DNA of 64,000 nucleotides from Polypterus senegalus. Its lineage: Eukaryota. How positions within the stretch are numbered: position 1 is the first letter of the stretch; each line of letters begins with the position of its first letter. The translations under genes were made by a program, and so were the position numbers. Below the pieces are notes generated by a model. The model made no database searches. It was given only the letters and a program-made list of their open reading frames with translations, and was not told the DNA's origin. Below are positions 35,623 to 48,470 of the stretch, piece after piece. The stretch lies in the NCBI RefSeq assembly GCF_016835505.1, contig NC_053155.1, positions 74,660,088 through 74,724,087 of the forward strand, in the 5' to 3' direction.

Positions 35623-38600
35623 TTTTCTTCTTAATAAAAATTTTAAGGCAGTACTTGCCTGAAGCTGGTATTTTGCTAGTTTTTAATAAGTGTTATTTTG
35701 CATTAAACTTATGTAATTGGTCTGCATGTCTTGGCTGATTGATGTAATAAAGTAATACAAGGCACCTAGTGTGGGCAGATTGCTATTTCTTTCCCGCAGT
35801 ATTAGTGACTAAGACAGGAGTGCCTCCAGTAGTGAGAAACATGGGAAGAAATAGTATGCCATTGATAAATGTCAATAAATAAGATGCATAAGCATCAAGT
35901 GACTAGGGGACACCCATATGCTCAACCCAAAGCTAGCGAGTCCTTATCTAGAGTACTGAGGAGTAACAGGCTATGCAGGGATCACTTATAATCAGTGCTC
36001 AAATGTGTGTATGTTTGGATTGTGTGTGTATGTTCATTTTAAACCACACGAGAGTAGTCCAACCCGTAACAAATATAGTGAGCCTTGCTCACCCTATGAT
36101 ACTACACTAGGTTAAAAAATACAATAAATGATTTCATCACTGAACTCAAGCTCCTGAGCTCCACTATGTGTATCCCTGTTTATTAATTAACTTTACCCTC
36201 TAAATTAGCTTTTTTGTTAATGTTTAAAGCTATATATTGACATCATTATTCACTTGGGAGTATATATCAAGCACCTAGTGTAATATTACTATCCTTTCAT
36301 CTTTCTTGTGGAACTCAGATGTCCTTACTTGAGTCATGGCTCATATCCTATTTGACACAAAATCTTATCTGAAAATGTAATTGACAGACAGCCACATTTT
36401 CTGATTTTTCCTAACTTTTCTAAATAACATGTCCCATGTAATATTATTTTTATTTCTTTATCATTAACATTTCCAAAAACATCTTACTGTCTTCAGAATT
36501 CAGGCAAATTTAACAAATGTGTTAAAGTTAACCGTCTGGAAAACAAACAGCAGTATCAAGTTATGTAACCATTGCTGGTTATTAATATGAATATATCAGG
36601 AGTTCTTAAACATTTTAATTTGATTACCGAAATAAGAAAATCAGTACTATACTGGGACCCAGAAAGAGGACTATTACCATAACGACAGTAAAGCTATACA
36701 TAGAAAAATAACAATGGCCATACAATAAACACAGTAAAGGTTTTTGCTTCCCTTCAAGCTAATTTCTCACATAAGTATTACTAAAAGAAAAAAGTGAAAA
36801 CCAAGCATATTGTTGTTAAATCAATAATTAATATTCAAAACTAACAATGAATTTCAGAGATATATCTTAGCCAGTGTAAATATTTAGTGTGAGCTTTAGT
36901 TAGGCAGAAAGAAAAAAATTCTTCTTTATACCAGGGGCAGCACTAGGTTAAGATGGTTTTCTTAAAGCAAAGTACGAAACTTAACTTAATCTCTCAATGC
37001 ACCAATTAAGCAATAAAATAGTCCAAAAATAATTCATTTATGCCATTTAGTTACCTTGTCTTTGGTAATTTTTTTATATTATTTTTCAGATGAGTTCCAC
37101 CTTTAACAATATCTCTGAATGAGTTGAATTCCACCAAAGTCCACTCTGCAGCCTGTCTTTCCCTTTTGATATTTTCTACTGCTCATGCAGTTCTCAATGG
37201 TCCAACAAACACATCCTTTACACTATCAGTAGATTGACATTAATTGAACCACTTTTAAAAAGTGTTAAGAGAAGAAATTTGTCCTTTGTTAAGCATGTTA
37301 TACTTAACGCAAAATCTTCATTACATGTGTGTTACAGATTTGGATACAATGGATACCACAAGATAATTTTTTCAACCCACACAATAGCTCAGTTTGGTGA
37401 AAAAAAACATCTGGCAACTCTTGGCCAGAGTCCCTTCCCTTCCCTGATTCTTTGGAATGACTAGAAAGAGATCTCTCAATTAAAATTTTTAAATGTCCTC
37501 TCATAGAATTTATTCTAGTTTAGTATGGGCCAAGCACACCACAATTCAACTAAAAATGATTAATATATCACATACATCTTGTTTATGTGTAAAATGTACG
37601 CAGGGAAAGATTTAACCTGGAAGTGTTGTCATCGAGAGTCTACATTGCTAGGCTGTATTTTTTACGAATGCCCTAAATCTAAATCATTTTGGGCAGAGAG
37701 TTTTGCAAATTTCTTGGGTTATCTTGGACATTCACTCCTAATGCATTGATGGCAATATACTATGAAAAATCAGCTGTAATATCCTATCAGCTGGTAGTAT
37801 TTCAATCTGCCTTCTGTAACTCAGTGGAAAAGCTATGTATTATTTTATCTTAAATTCGAAAAAATCTCTTTACGGGGATTTGTTCTGAGCCTTTTCAAAA
37901 CATAACATGAACTCATAAATATAATATTTATAATCCTAAACTATGCATGTTGTGTCTGTGCTCACGTTTTGAGCTCTGTTTGCTTTTTTATCATATATTA
38001 AGCACTGTTGATGGAAAGAAGTAGATTACTGTTCGTAATGGATGAATGCTGAATGTTAGGATATGACATACACAAGCTCACATATTCAGTATATGTGCTA
38101 ATAGCATGGCAACAACATGCATATTTGTAAAATATGAAACTTACAAATGGTGCTGGTAATAACACTACTGTTAGAATCCTTCAAACCCTTAAAAATAAAT
38201 CAAGGACAAAATATCAAAATCAATTAACACCTGACATGTACCACATAAGATCAAACATGATGTTGTTAATATAATGGTCAATTTTGGTCCAGTGAACACA
38301 ACTGACCAAACAAACTTTAAAGCAAAGCTGAAACAATGAAATAATTAATTTCTAAATGTAACCTTCAGAATTCTGGTAGGTGGAATCTTCTCAGTTTGTT
38401 GAGTAGAAAAGCCAACATACAGTATTATTGCAATCCCAATAGTCTATTTTGGTCATTTTAACACCTGACATGAAGTACAAAATACAAAGCATTAACTATG
38501 AGCTCCACAAGCTACAGGTATGGATACTGTTTTGGAGAAAATAAATCATATATACCTTCTTATTTTTTAACTGTATGCATAGACCTTTCTTATGTATATA

Positions 38601-38641
38601 TTTATCAGTTTACTTCAAGATTCCGTACTTCTTTTTTTCAG

Positions 38642-38825
38642 GCTTGCATGTTAGTATTTTGCCCAGCGTTTGACTCCAACAGCTTGCCTGAAGGTAGTGA
38701 AGTTGTGATCCTCTTGGACAATTCCAATTCCATGAAAGGGTCAAAGCTGCAGGAGGCCAAACAAATTGCAGTCCTGGCCTTGGAGGCACTTGAATGCAAG
38801 ACTAATGTTATCATGTTTGGAACAG
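38642..38825 (+). CDS. PARP4: PARP4 exon, start of VWA domain with MIDAS-like DxSxS motif; encodes ACMLVFCPAFDSNSLPEGSEVVILLDNSNSMKGSKLQEAKQIAVLALEALECKTNVIMFGT(G)
   Basis: AG at 38640-38641 and GT at 38826-38827, leaving phase 1. Aligns with human ACMLVFQPDLDVDLPDLASESEVIICLDCSSSMEGVTFLQAKQIALHALSLVGEKQKVNIIQFGTG. Confidence 0.9.
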
Positions 38826-39717
38826 GTTTGTAGTGCTTTTTTACCTTCAAAGTTTCACATACAATACACATGTTTGAGATTAATACGACAAACTATATTA
38901 AAATTATAAGATTCCATCTAACAGCTGTGCTCAAATACTCCTCCTGCTGAACAAAAGGGAGCAAAATTGGGAAATAATTAATATAATTAAAATTAATATA
39001 ATCATTCAAAAATGCTTACATATCTGAAAAGTTAACGACTGTTCACTTAATTTTAATTTTTGTTTTCTTATTTTAAGCAAGATAAATCATTTTCTTAAGA
39101 CAGCAGAGCGGTAGGTAGTACTGCTGCCTAATGGTTTAATGTTAACTTTTCCCCCAGACATCATGTGCCTGTTAGCTTAATTTGAAGTTCAAAACAGGCC
39201 CTGTGTGAATGTGGATGTATCCATGAGTGAGCCTTACAATGAACCAATGCCTTGTCCAGGAATTTTTGCTACCTTGTACGCTGTGCTGCTGGGATACACA
39301 TTGGCCCCACGTGACCTTGCTTTGGATTTAGTGAGTCTGAGGCTTCTAAAATGAGCACAATCAACTGGCATTCTAACCTTGTGGCATAAGTTATTCAAAT
39401 AGATTGTTCATTCAGCAATACTGGGAATTATTTTGAATAAATCCAGTGAAGGATTACGGATTGCTGTGGTCCCAAGGCTGGTTTATAATAATCAAACCTT
39501 TTATTCTAAAATGCTTTAAGCAGGGGCTTGTAAACATAAGACCCAGGACATGTTGAAATATTGAATTTGTGTACCTCAGTGTGTATAACCTGCACATTTT
39601 GATAAAAGAGAAAGAAAAAACAATACCATTCTTTTATATAGTCTCAAATGTTAATGGATGAATGTTAACTAAGAAAAATCATTTTACCCTAATGCTGCTG
39701 TTTTGCCCTTTCAACAG

Positions 39718-39788
39718 ATTATAATGAACTTTTTCCCTATCCAGAGGATATTCATACTGGCCTTGCTGCTGCTAAAACATTTATACTT
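39718..39788 (+). CDS. PARP4: PARP4 exon, VWA domain; encodes (D)YNELFPYPEDIHTGLAAAKTFIL
   Basis: AG at 39716-39717 and GT at 39789-39790. Aligns with human YKELFSYPKHITSNTMAAEFIMSAT. This is the weaker match, but phase and position are consistent. Confidence 0.7.
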
Positions 39789-42700
39789 GTAAGCGTACTT
39801 TTAATTATTCAATATCTTACAGAATAAATAAATAAATTAATTTTTTGTCATGATACAAATGTCTAGTACAACTCACAACACACAACACATTAACAGCAAG
39901 TTTTTAAATATAAATGAAAGTTTAATGTGTTTAATCAGACACTTGTAGCAAGTCATTTAATTAAATTTATGATTACAAATAGGAAGGACATTTACAAACA
40001 ATAAATACATAAAACCATGGGAGTAAATCTTTTCAATATTAGAAAATGCAACTGTTTTGTTGCTGTTCCATTTGTAATCGAAAAGGACACTTGGAATTCA
40101 GAAATTGTTAATTGTTGTCAAACACTAAACTGAAAGAATATTCCTTTTTAGAGAACTTGATAAATTCAATATAGTACATTGTGTTTTAATTAATGAGCCC
40201 ACTCATCTACATAATTACACTCACCCTCATATAAAGTTAATTTAGAGCAGCCAATTAATCTGACACACATTAGTAGAGGTGTGAGATTCAGAAAGTCAGG
40301 CTATCTGGAAAATAACCTATGAATATATTGAAAAAATGCAAATTCATCTGCATAACAACATCCAATCACTCTAATGTCTCATCGTATGAACAAGAACAGT
40401 AGTTTGGTAAAGCAGAAGTGGGACCAAATACCACTCCATGTTACTTAAGAGGGATTAAAAAAAATTTGAAAATTATTGCCAAACTGTTTTTGAACAAACA
40501 ACCAAAAATACAGGGGTCAACTTTGCATTCTATGTCTGATTCTGAAGACCATAACAGAGCAATCAGCCCTGTTTGTATCAGGCTTATAAGTGATGAAACC
40601 CTCTCAGACAAAAAGGGCTCAAGGAATGCTTGCACTTTATTTTCCCCTGACCTTTTGCATAGGACAAATGTTTAGCTTCTTCTAATCCAAAATAACTTCT
40701 TTTAGATTGATATGCCGACCCCATTTCTTTCAGATAATATAGGACTGTTGCTATGTAATGCAAATGCACCCCCAGTTGCCAAAATAGATGATGGTCCACA
40801 TCAGGTTTGTGAGGCCTTAGCAGTCTATTGGCCAGTCACTGGGATCTGGCAGGGAGGATGCCTTACAGCAAATACAATCAAGTTTAGAAATTAGTGGGTA
40901 TGAAAGTGTTTCTACTCTCTGATTACAATTTACATCTTGTGTTTCTTTGTTCTAGTTATATGTACCTTTATGGCTTATGACTTTCCACTCTGTTCTTTGA
41001 CTACATTTCTGGCTACATGTCTTGACTTAGTCTTCCCATTTATATTCTCAGTATTCATTTTGGTTCTCTGGGCCCTGTTCTGATTCCATTTTGTCTCATA
41101 ACTTCTGTTGCCTTACACAGCCAGTACACCAATTGCCAGTAGGGCTACTATACACATTTTCCTCCTTTGCAAATTGCTGGCCTTGTGGGTCTACTTTGAT
41201 GTGGAAGAACCTATGGCCAGTGATGATAATAATTTGAAAAGAAGAAATCCAAGCTGGCTTCTGTGTCATCCCCCATGTAAGGATCTGCAGGTGTCATGAC
41301 TGGCAGTAAAAGCCAGATAATCCTATTAGATGACCCAGGGTAGACAGAGTCAAGAAGATGGTGGAAGTGGTGGTGACGGAATATTTATTACACTTTCCCA
41401 GGGTCTCTCTCCAGATCTTTGCAGTGTAATTCTTGTAATAAAATGAACTAATTGAAGAAGGGATTCTTAATGGAGGGACAAATGAAGAAGAACGATCTGT
41501 CAACTGGAAGGAGATTCAAACTGCACCACCTGCCTTCTGGACATTTTCATGGCAGAAAGAGCTGAATAACTGAGAATCACCAGCACAGAGTGTAGATGCA
41601 CCCAGGTGATACATCACTACCTGCTGTCCCCAGACGGAGTAGCATCTGTAGGGTGCCTGTGCCTATGGAAAATGGTACTGCACACTAGTAGTGTATTCCC
41701 CTTGGTCCAAACCATGGGGTGTGATTAATCAGTTAAGGAGCACAGTTTTACTAGACTCTGGGAGCAGTCTTTCATTGCTTTGCAACTTGTACCCTTGTGA
41801 CAGGTATAAAAAGGAAAACAATGCACTTTATAAGTGTTCACACTCACAGGCACTTCAGATTCTAACATTCAACTTCAGTAATGGTTATATATAGAACCAG
41901 GAATGGGGCCAGAATGTGAATCCACTCTCATTCAAACACTATTAGGAAGGCCTGAGTTTCCTCTGCCTTCTTGCAGGATTTCATACCTGAGTTGGAAGTG
42001 TCTCTTTGGTAAAAAAGCTGAAGGAGAAAAACTCCTACAGCTTTTCTTTTGGTTGCCAATTCTTCTAGCATGGTTTGCCATGTGGCCTCCTGGATCTAAT
42101 GTTGCTGTAGCTTCTCTGCTAAGCATCCTGCAATCTCCAGGATTGGCCATTGCTCCGTTGGCTTCAATATCTTTGTTCCCAGTCCTGTCAACTATACAAC
42201 TGTAACAAAATGGCTGTACAACATGTAAAAATGATTGGAGCTCTGAAAATAAATTCCCATTTAATTGCCAGTTGGAAAACAATGTAAAACAAAACTAAAA
42301 CGTATACTCTGGTGCTATCAGTGAAGTTCCTGATTCAGTCATACTAGTGTTCTGTCTTTAGAGGTAGTCCTAATTAACAGGTGACAGATGTGTCTTTGGT
42401 GCTGCGAGAACTGGAAACTGAAAGGGCAGAAGCTTTAGAGGAATCAGTTAACAAAATGGTAAATGTTGGCGCAACTCCCAGATTCTTCACTAGTGTTGCC
42501 TTTAAATCCATTCTTGTAAGGCTCATGATTTTCTCCTGCATGTGACAACTACAAGAACTTAAAAGAAATTTGGGCCAGGTATTGCTGAAGATTATCAATC
42601 CCCCAACATAGTATTATTATGTTAATGAGATGTTATCTGTAATATTAATATGGTAGTAAATAATATAGTATCATTAGTCACTTGAACAATCTTTTCTCTT

Positions 42701-43243
42701 TCTGTCACAAAAAAACAGGATCTATCCCATATCGACATTCACACTTCATTTATTCATTCTGAAGGATAAATTAGAAGGCCATAGCATAGTCCTGACTTAT
42801 TTATTCATTGCTTTATGCTACCATACTATTTTTTCTACTACAATTTTAGCAATACAATCAAGAAAAATATTGAATAAATTGCTTCCATATCCACCTCTGT
42901 ACCTGGCACATCTAACCACATTTTCTGTTTTTTGAAATCACAGAAATTTTACAATGAAAGCTCATGGGGAGTAATTGCCAGATAAGTGAGCATTCCATTG
43001 CTTGGGACCCTGATTCTTTTGAAATTCTTTCTGTTAATTTTGCTTTCTATATCTGTGAGGTCATCCTACATAATATAGTTAGTGATTTCTTTTGCTGCTT
43101 GTCTCAGGTGCTGTTTGAAGCACTGTTTTAATATGGGATCTTAACATGTATTTTATATATTTCAGTATGGTGCATATTATATTAGTTGTTATTCAATTTA
43201 TGATTTATTTAAAAAATTTCTCATTACTTCTTATACTTTACAG

Positions 43244-43431
43244 GGTACACCAGAATTAATGGGTAACACTGATCTGTGGAGACCTTTGCGCAATTTAAGC
43301 TTATTACCTCCATCAAAAGGTCTTCGTAACATACTTTTGATATCTGATGGACACCTACAAAATGAAGGACTTACCCTGAGGCTTGTTACAGAAAATGTTT
43401 GCCACACTAGAGTCTTTACTTGTGGGATTGG
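43244..43431 (+). CDS. PARP4: PARP4 exon, VWA domain; encodes GTPELMGNTDLWRPLRNLSLLPPSKGLRNILLISDGHLQNEGLTLRLVTENVCHTRVFTCGIG
   Basis: AG at 43242-43243 and GT at 43432-43433, leaving phase 2. Aligns with human PTMGNTDFWKTLRYLSLLYPARGSRNILLVSDGHLQDESLTLQLVKRSRPHTRLFACGIG. Confidence 0.9.
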
Positions 43432-44023
43432 GTAAGTTCTCCTAATATTTGATAGGATAGAATTAATGATGTAAGTACAGTAAGATCGTGAAACTTTTCT
43501 AGGTTCCATCAGTTAACTGAATTGACTACTAGTTTTGGGCTACCTATTTTCCTCTTCAGTTGTTCTTAATATAACTGGAGTTCATATTTCATTATAAAAC
43601 CACACTGTAAAGCTGCCTTCTTCAGGTGGTGTCAGCTGCCCTCAGAGTATCTCCATGTGTACCAAAATGTTTCCCTGAATGTACCTGAGGCAGATTAGAC
43701 AAAAATGAGTTCATAACCATCATATGGTTATAATAATAATAATAATATCACAATTAGTTATGAAAATATTTTCATTCAAAAATGCTTTTTTTATAATATT
43801 TTAATCTGAAAGCAATAATGTTTGTAGTGTTTTGTTAAATAAGCAATTCAAGAAGTACCACATAATTTATCAGCTATACGTTGCAAAACTTTTACATGTT
43901 TTTAATGTGTAATTTATTTTATGTACAGGGTTAATGTTTGTAGAATAAGTAATATTTTGTAGTTTTAGAAAACAAGAATTTTGCCAGTAGTTGTTTAATA
44001 ATGTTGGAATTTTCAATATTTAG

Positions 44024-44123
44024 CTCCACGGCAAATCGGCATATGCTTAGAACCTTGGCTCACAGTGGAGGTGGAGCTTATGAATTTTTTGACACAAAAA
44101 CAAAGTACACTTGGAAAGACAAG
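44024..44123 (+). CDS. PARP4: PARP4 exon, VWA domain; encodes (G)STANRHMLRTLAHSGGGAYEFFDTKTKYTWKDK
   Basis: AG at 44022-44023 and GT at 44124-44125. Aligns with human STANRHVLRILSQCGAGVFEYFNAKSKHSWRKQ. Confidence 0.9.
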
Positions 44124-45124
44124 GTAAAGATTGGCATACTCTGCTTGCTTTGAATAAGAATATTTTGCCACACATTTTAAGCTTTCTTGTTCTCCATTTT
44201 GTTCTCTCCTTTTTATTTATTTTCTTATTACGTTCCAGTTTACTTTTTCTGTTTCTTTATTTTCTATAATATGATTACTTCAATTTTGCATCAGGTTTAT
44301 TCTCTCCCATCTTCCATTCTATTTTTAACTTTTATTTAATTTATTTAAAGCATGTAACATTACATACAATCAACTCAAACTTAAAAAACTAAATCCAATT
44401 CAACCCCCACCCATTTTTTTATATTTAGCTTAGATCCTGATGTGTGCCAAAACTATTTTTGTGTGTCTGTTTCCTCTCTTCCTCTTTCATGTTAGGTCCA
44501 GACTGATATGCTAGTCCATTTTTACTGTTCACATTTAACTGCAAGGTTCACTGCTACCGACACATACTCTGCTTCCTTAACTGCGTAACTGCAGTTACTG
44601 CTAATTGAGCTAAAAATGTGCTTTTTGATTTGGGTTCAGAGTAACCTGCTCATTTGACATTCAGTTGAATTTTAAAACACTTTTCCAGTAGCTAACCTGA
44701 AGAGACAAATGTCCATAAAGGGATAAGCTAGACTCTTATGATAGTTTCACTCACATAAAAACGATCTTGATTCAACTTTTTTATATATCGGTATGCTCTT
44801 GTTATGAGTACATTCCATATGCATATGTTAAACATTCTAATGATAGGCTGCATGTACAGTAAATGTTATTTTGAAATTTTACACAGTACATTATTCTTCT
44901 TCCATGGTTGGTTTCATTCTGCCATCTAATGTTGCTGTGAGAAGCTTTAGTCTCACAACCCTGAACTGGATTAGGAAAATTCAAAAAATTCTAAAGGGGT
45001 GGATGGATGGGTGGATGCCTTTCATTGGAACATTGCAATCGCCAGATTATAGTCTGATATCTCTATATGAGTTGATCCAGTATTCTCTTTTCAGTTTTTA
45101 AGCAATGTTAATTTGTTATTTCAG

Positions 45125-45295
45125 ATTTCCTCTCAGGTGAAACGAATGGCATCACCTGCTTGCACTTCTGTGTCTGTAAAGTGGCAGCAATTCAATCAAC
45201 ATAACCCAAAACCTATCCAGGCCCCAGCACAGCTGCACTCTTTATTCAGTGAGAATCAGTTACTCCTTTACGGGTTTGTGCCACATTGCACACAG
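45125..45295 (+). CDS. PARP4: PARP4 exon; encodes ISSQVKRMASPACTSVSVKWQQFNQHNPKPIQAPAQLHSLFSENQLLLYGFVPHCTQ
   Basis: AG at 45123-45124 and GT at 45296-45297. Aligns with human IEDQMTRLCSPSCHSVSVKWQQLNPDVPEALQAPAQVPSLFLNDRLLVYGFIPHCTQ. Confidence 0.92.
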
Positions 45296-46360
45296 GTAAG
45301 TGAAATGGTATTTTGGAGTTAACACCTGTTAACTGAATTACTTTTAGCTATCAGACTAGCCCTAAACTTTCCTTTTTTTCCTTTGGTGACAGAGATAAAA
45401 TCATAATAGCAATGGCTAAAAAATAATGTAAAGATAATGTAATGAAGTGCTAAAGTTATTTTGTCATTAACACAACCAATTAAAGCCCTTTTGTGAAACT
45501 GGGTGAACAGAAGGCCCTTCTAATCTTACATCTGCCCTATTCTGGTTTGACCTCCAGGCATAGGTGTCATACGTACAGAGTTCCCCAATTGAAAGCTGTA
45601 GTAGATCAAGTCACACATAAATTTTGTTTCAATCCTTTTTTGTTGGAGTTTATCAAGCTTCCCATTCACCACATATGGTTCTAGGTGCTTGTTTAACACC
45701 GAGAATATAGCCTTCAAGCTCCTGGCCATCAGTTTTTAAATAGGACTGCTATCCATTAATTCTCACTATGTTGTGCCATTATAGTGTGGCTTTCTATGGA
45801 TTAGAAGCATCACACAGAGATTACTTGCATATATTCTTAGCTATCTTGACAGCAGATTCTTTCTTTCCATTACCAGTAGGGTTCCTTGGAGAAAATGCAA
45901 TGTGGTTGAAATTCCACATTCCAGCTTATGAATTACCGAAATAAAAACTAACTTCCGTTGTTTGTGAGGTCTGAACTGAGATTTTCAGTTTTAATTATTG
46001 CTTCAATTGAGAGGTCCCACAGTCGACAGTCTCACCTGGAAATGAGTATAGTATTTGCCTAACAGGAGGATGTCTTTGCCCACAAGTCTATGCTGATAAT
46101 CTATCATAAGGAAACAGTTTTATCCCTTTCTGTTGTGCAATAACATCCTTGTTACAGTCCAAAGTTCAGTGATTAAGGATTTTAGGATATCTTTTAAACA
46201 ACACACCTTCCTGGACAATTTAACTCTGCCCTGAATGTCCAGTACTCCATTATATGTAAATTTGTCTCCATTTGTATTCTGGCCAACTCTTAAGAATCAC
46301 CGTTTTCAGTACCTGCAGGTGTTCGTCATTCTCTGTGTGTTTCCTGATCTTAAGCAAAAA

Positions 46361-46588
46361 TTACTCTGTCATATTAGAATATCCAGCTTGAAAGAGCATA
46401 CTTTGCAAGTGTTTTGATGCACTTACAACAGGATTATTGAATATGGAAATGAGGAGCTTGACATCAAGTTTCTGCATTAACCTATTGCATCCATACAGGC
46501 AATGGTGGAAACGCTTACATGCAAATACAATGTTGAGACATTCCTTCTCGATATGTGCATAATTCCTCTCTAAGGGAGAGAATGTCAA
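46361..46588 (-). mobile_element. Ty3/gypsy-like LTR retrotransposon pol fragment (RNase H)
   Basis: FSPLERNYAHIEKECLNIVFACKRFHHCLYG resembles the FSPTEKNY..EKE.LAIV.A.KKFR.YL.G RNase H signature. Confidence 0.65.
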
Positions 46589-48275
46589 AGAAGCAACATA
46601 AGCAGTAGTTTTACATTCCTATAGTAGATAACAACGAAAACCATGCAACTGGAATCTCTGTTGATAGAGACAGACTTAGATACATCATAGCATTACAGGA
46701 TATGTATGGACATGTAACAGTCCGGGTCAGCTCCATGGCTGCAGCTGGGAGCCTTTCCAACCCGAAACTGTTGATAGTCACAGACCAAGATGAGCTGGGC
46801 AGATGAAAACACATACTTACAGCAAAGGGTAGATGTAAAGGTGACAAGTTCTTTTATTAAAATCAATCCAAAAATCAGTGTTCTAAAGTGCAGTGCATTG
46901 TCAATAAAGACAATTGAAAGTGGAGGTTAAACAGCTCAATAAATAATTCATTAAAATGAGGTTAAAATCGCAGCAGGAAGCTGTCCCATAAAAGTCACGA
47001 GCCCTAATGCATCCTTCTAAAACCAACGTCTCCTGTGCTTACCCCGCATGGGATCTTGCAGCAGAGGAGATGCCTGACTAACAGGTGCAGCCAACTTTTC
47101 CTCACAGGCTTGGTTCCCGGCAGCCATCATAGGCTCTTGGCAGGGTGCCACGCTGAGCCTCGCCTTGTTCCTTCTTCTCCTCCTGCCAGTCCTTGGTTGA
47201 ATGCAGGAGTCCTCTAAGAGCATCAGGTCACTAAAGCCACCTCAAAAAGTGTTTAGCTGGAGTGACCCTCTTCAGCCACAGAGCGTCTGCCCTACACTTC
47301 TCCTAGGGGCTGTCCTCCCGACTGCCTGCCTCCTCTACTCTGCACCCTGGCATCTCCCAATCCTGCTGCCTCTTTTACTTTCAATTCCTTTTTAACCTCT
47401 GTCTTGCTCTTTCTGTTCTTTCTTTATATTCCTATTTCTGTTTCTCTGGCTGCCATGCTGGCTCCTCTTATATTGGCTTAATTTGGGTGTAGTTGTGATA
47501 TACCGCTACGTCCAGTGTACCATGATATACCCGACTGATCCGCTCACCTTTGCACATGTATGCGCAATCAGCCAAGCACCCCAATCAACCCCTGAGGAAG
47601 GCACACTTACATACACCCACACCCTATTGGAGATGGCACATAATGGGACACGATTATTTATTTAAACGCCTACACAAAAAACAGACCACTTATCACAGGA
47701 TGTCACAGAATGCTTGATTTTCTGCAAAGCTTTGTCATATTTTGGGAGTGAATGGCAGACAGTGTCTTTGGCTCACATACAGTACTTCAGACAGCATGAT
47801 AGGAATCTTGCCAGGAAGGTTACAAATCCAACAGAGGTCTTTACTACTTTAATATTACATGTTTTTGGCATTTCCATCACAGCTCTGTCCTTCTCTCAAT
47901 TTGCTTAAGGAATGTGAGCTGACAGAATAGGATATGAGAGTGCATTTCAGAGACCTTGAATTAAAGCATTTCAAAGCTCAGCCTGAGCTCCATTAGGACA
48001 AGAAGCTCGGGATCATGATTGCGACCTGCCCTCCTGTATTCCTACAGACTTCAGTGAGGATGTTGTCTGCTTTTTGCTCTACACCTCTGATATCTGTCAG
48101 TGGGTTTTACTGTTTTCTCTGAAATACACCAAATGGCAGTTTCTGCCATCTTCTCCTTTCCTGTGGTGCCTAGCATACTGTCAAATAGCTGTTATGCTCA
48201 TCCAGCTTACATTGTAAGAATGTGTCTTTTACTGAAGAGTTTGGCTTTCATGAGCTTGTACTGTATATCACATCT

Positions 48276-48470
48276 TCAAGTGTAGGTATTACTGTATGTA
48301 GTGAGATATCTAAGTGCCTGACTGAGATGTTTGGGATCAGTACAAATCTGTAGCTTGTCTGATTTCTTGACAATCACTATATTGACAATCCATTTTGTAG
48401 TCTTGCTCACAAGTGTAAACCCACAATTACCAAGCTGCTCTTTCACCATAGCTTTCAGGGTCCTAATCAC
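48276..48470 (-). mobile_element. LTR retrotransposon pol fragment (RT N-terminal motif)
   Basis: IVIVKKSDKLQICTDPKHLSQAL resembles the ...V.V.KK.DG.LR.C.DYR.LN.. RT domain 1-2 motif. It may belong to the same degenerate element as 46361-46588. Confidence 0.5.

Larger units (their letters stand above)
33200..35640 (+). mobile_element. Unclassified CpG-rich composite insertion: a unique 5' part, a tandem array of about 270-bp units, and an intron-less OTU-protease ORF
   Basis: There is an abrupt rise in GC and CpG density against a CpG-depleted intron. Tandem units lie at 34040-34830 and the OTU ORF at 34849-35622. The boundaries are approximate. Confidence 0.5.

Noticed and set aside
40418-40894. 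Several short ORFs of 60-85 aa on both strands in the intron between VWA exons
   Set aside because: They have no splice-compatible alignment to PARP4 and no domains, and are of random-ORF length.
41932-42282. ORF of 116 aa (-) and overlapping ORF of 100 aa (+)
   Set aside because: I could not recognise any domain. It may be a TE remnant, but I cannot support a call.
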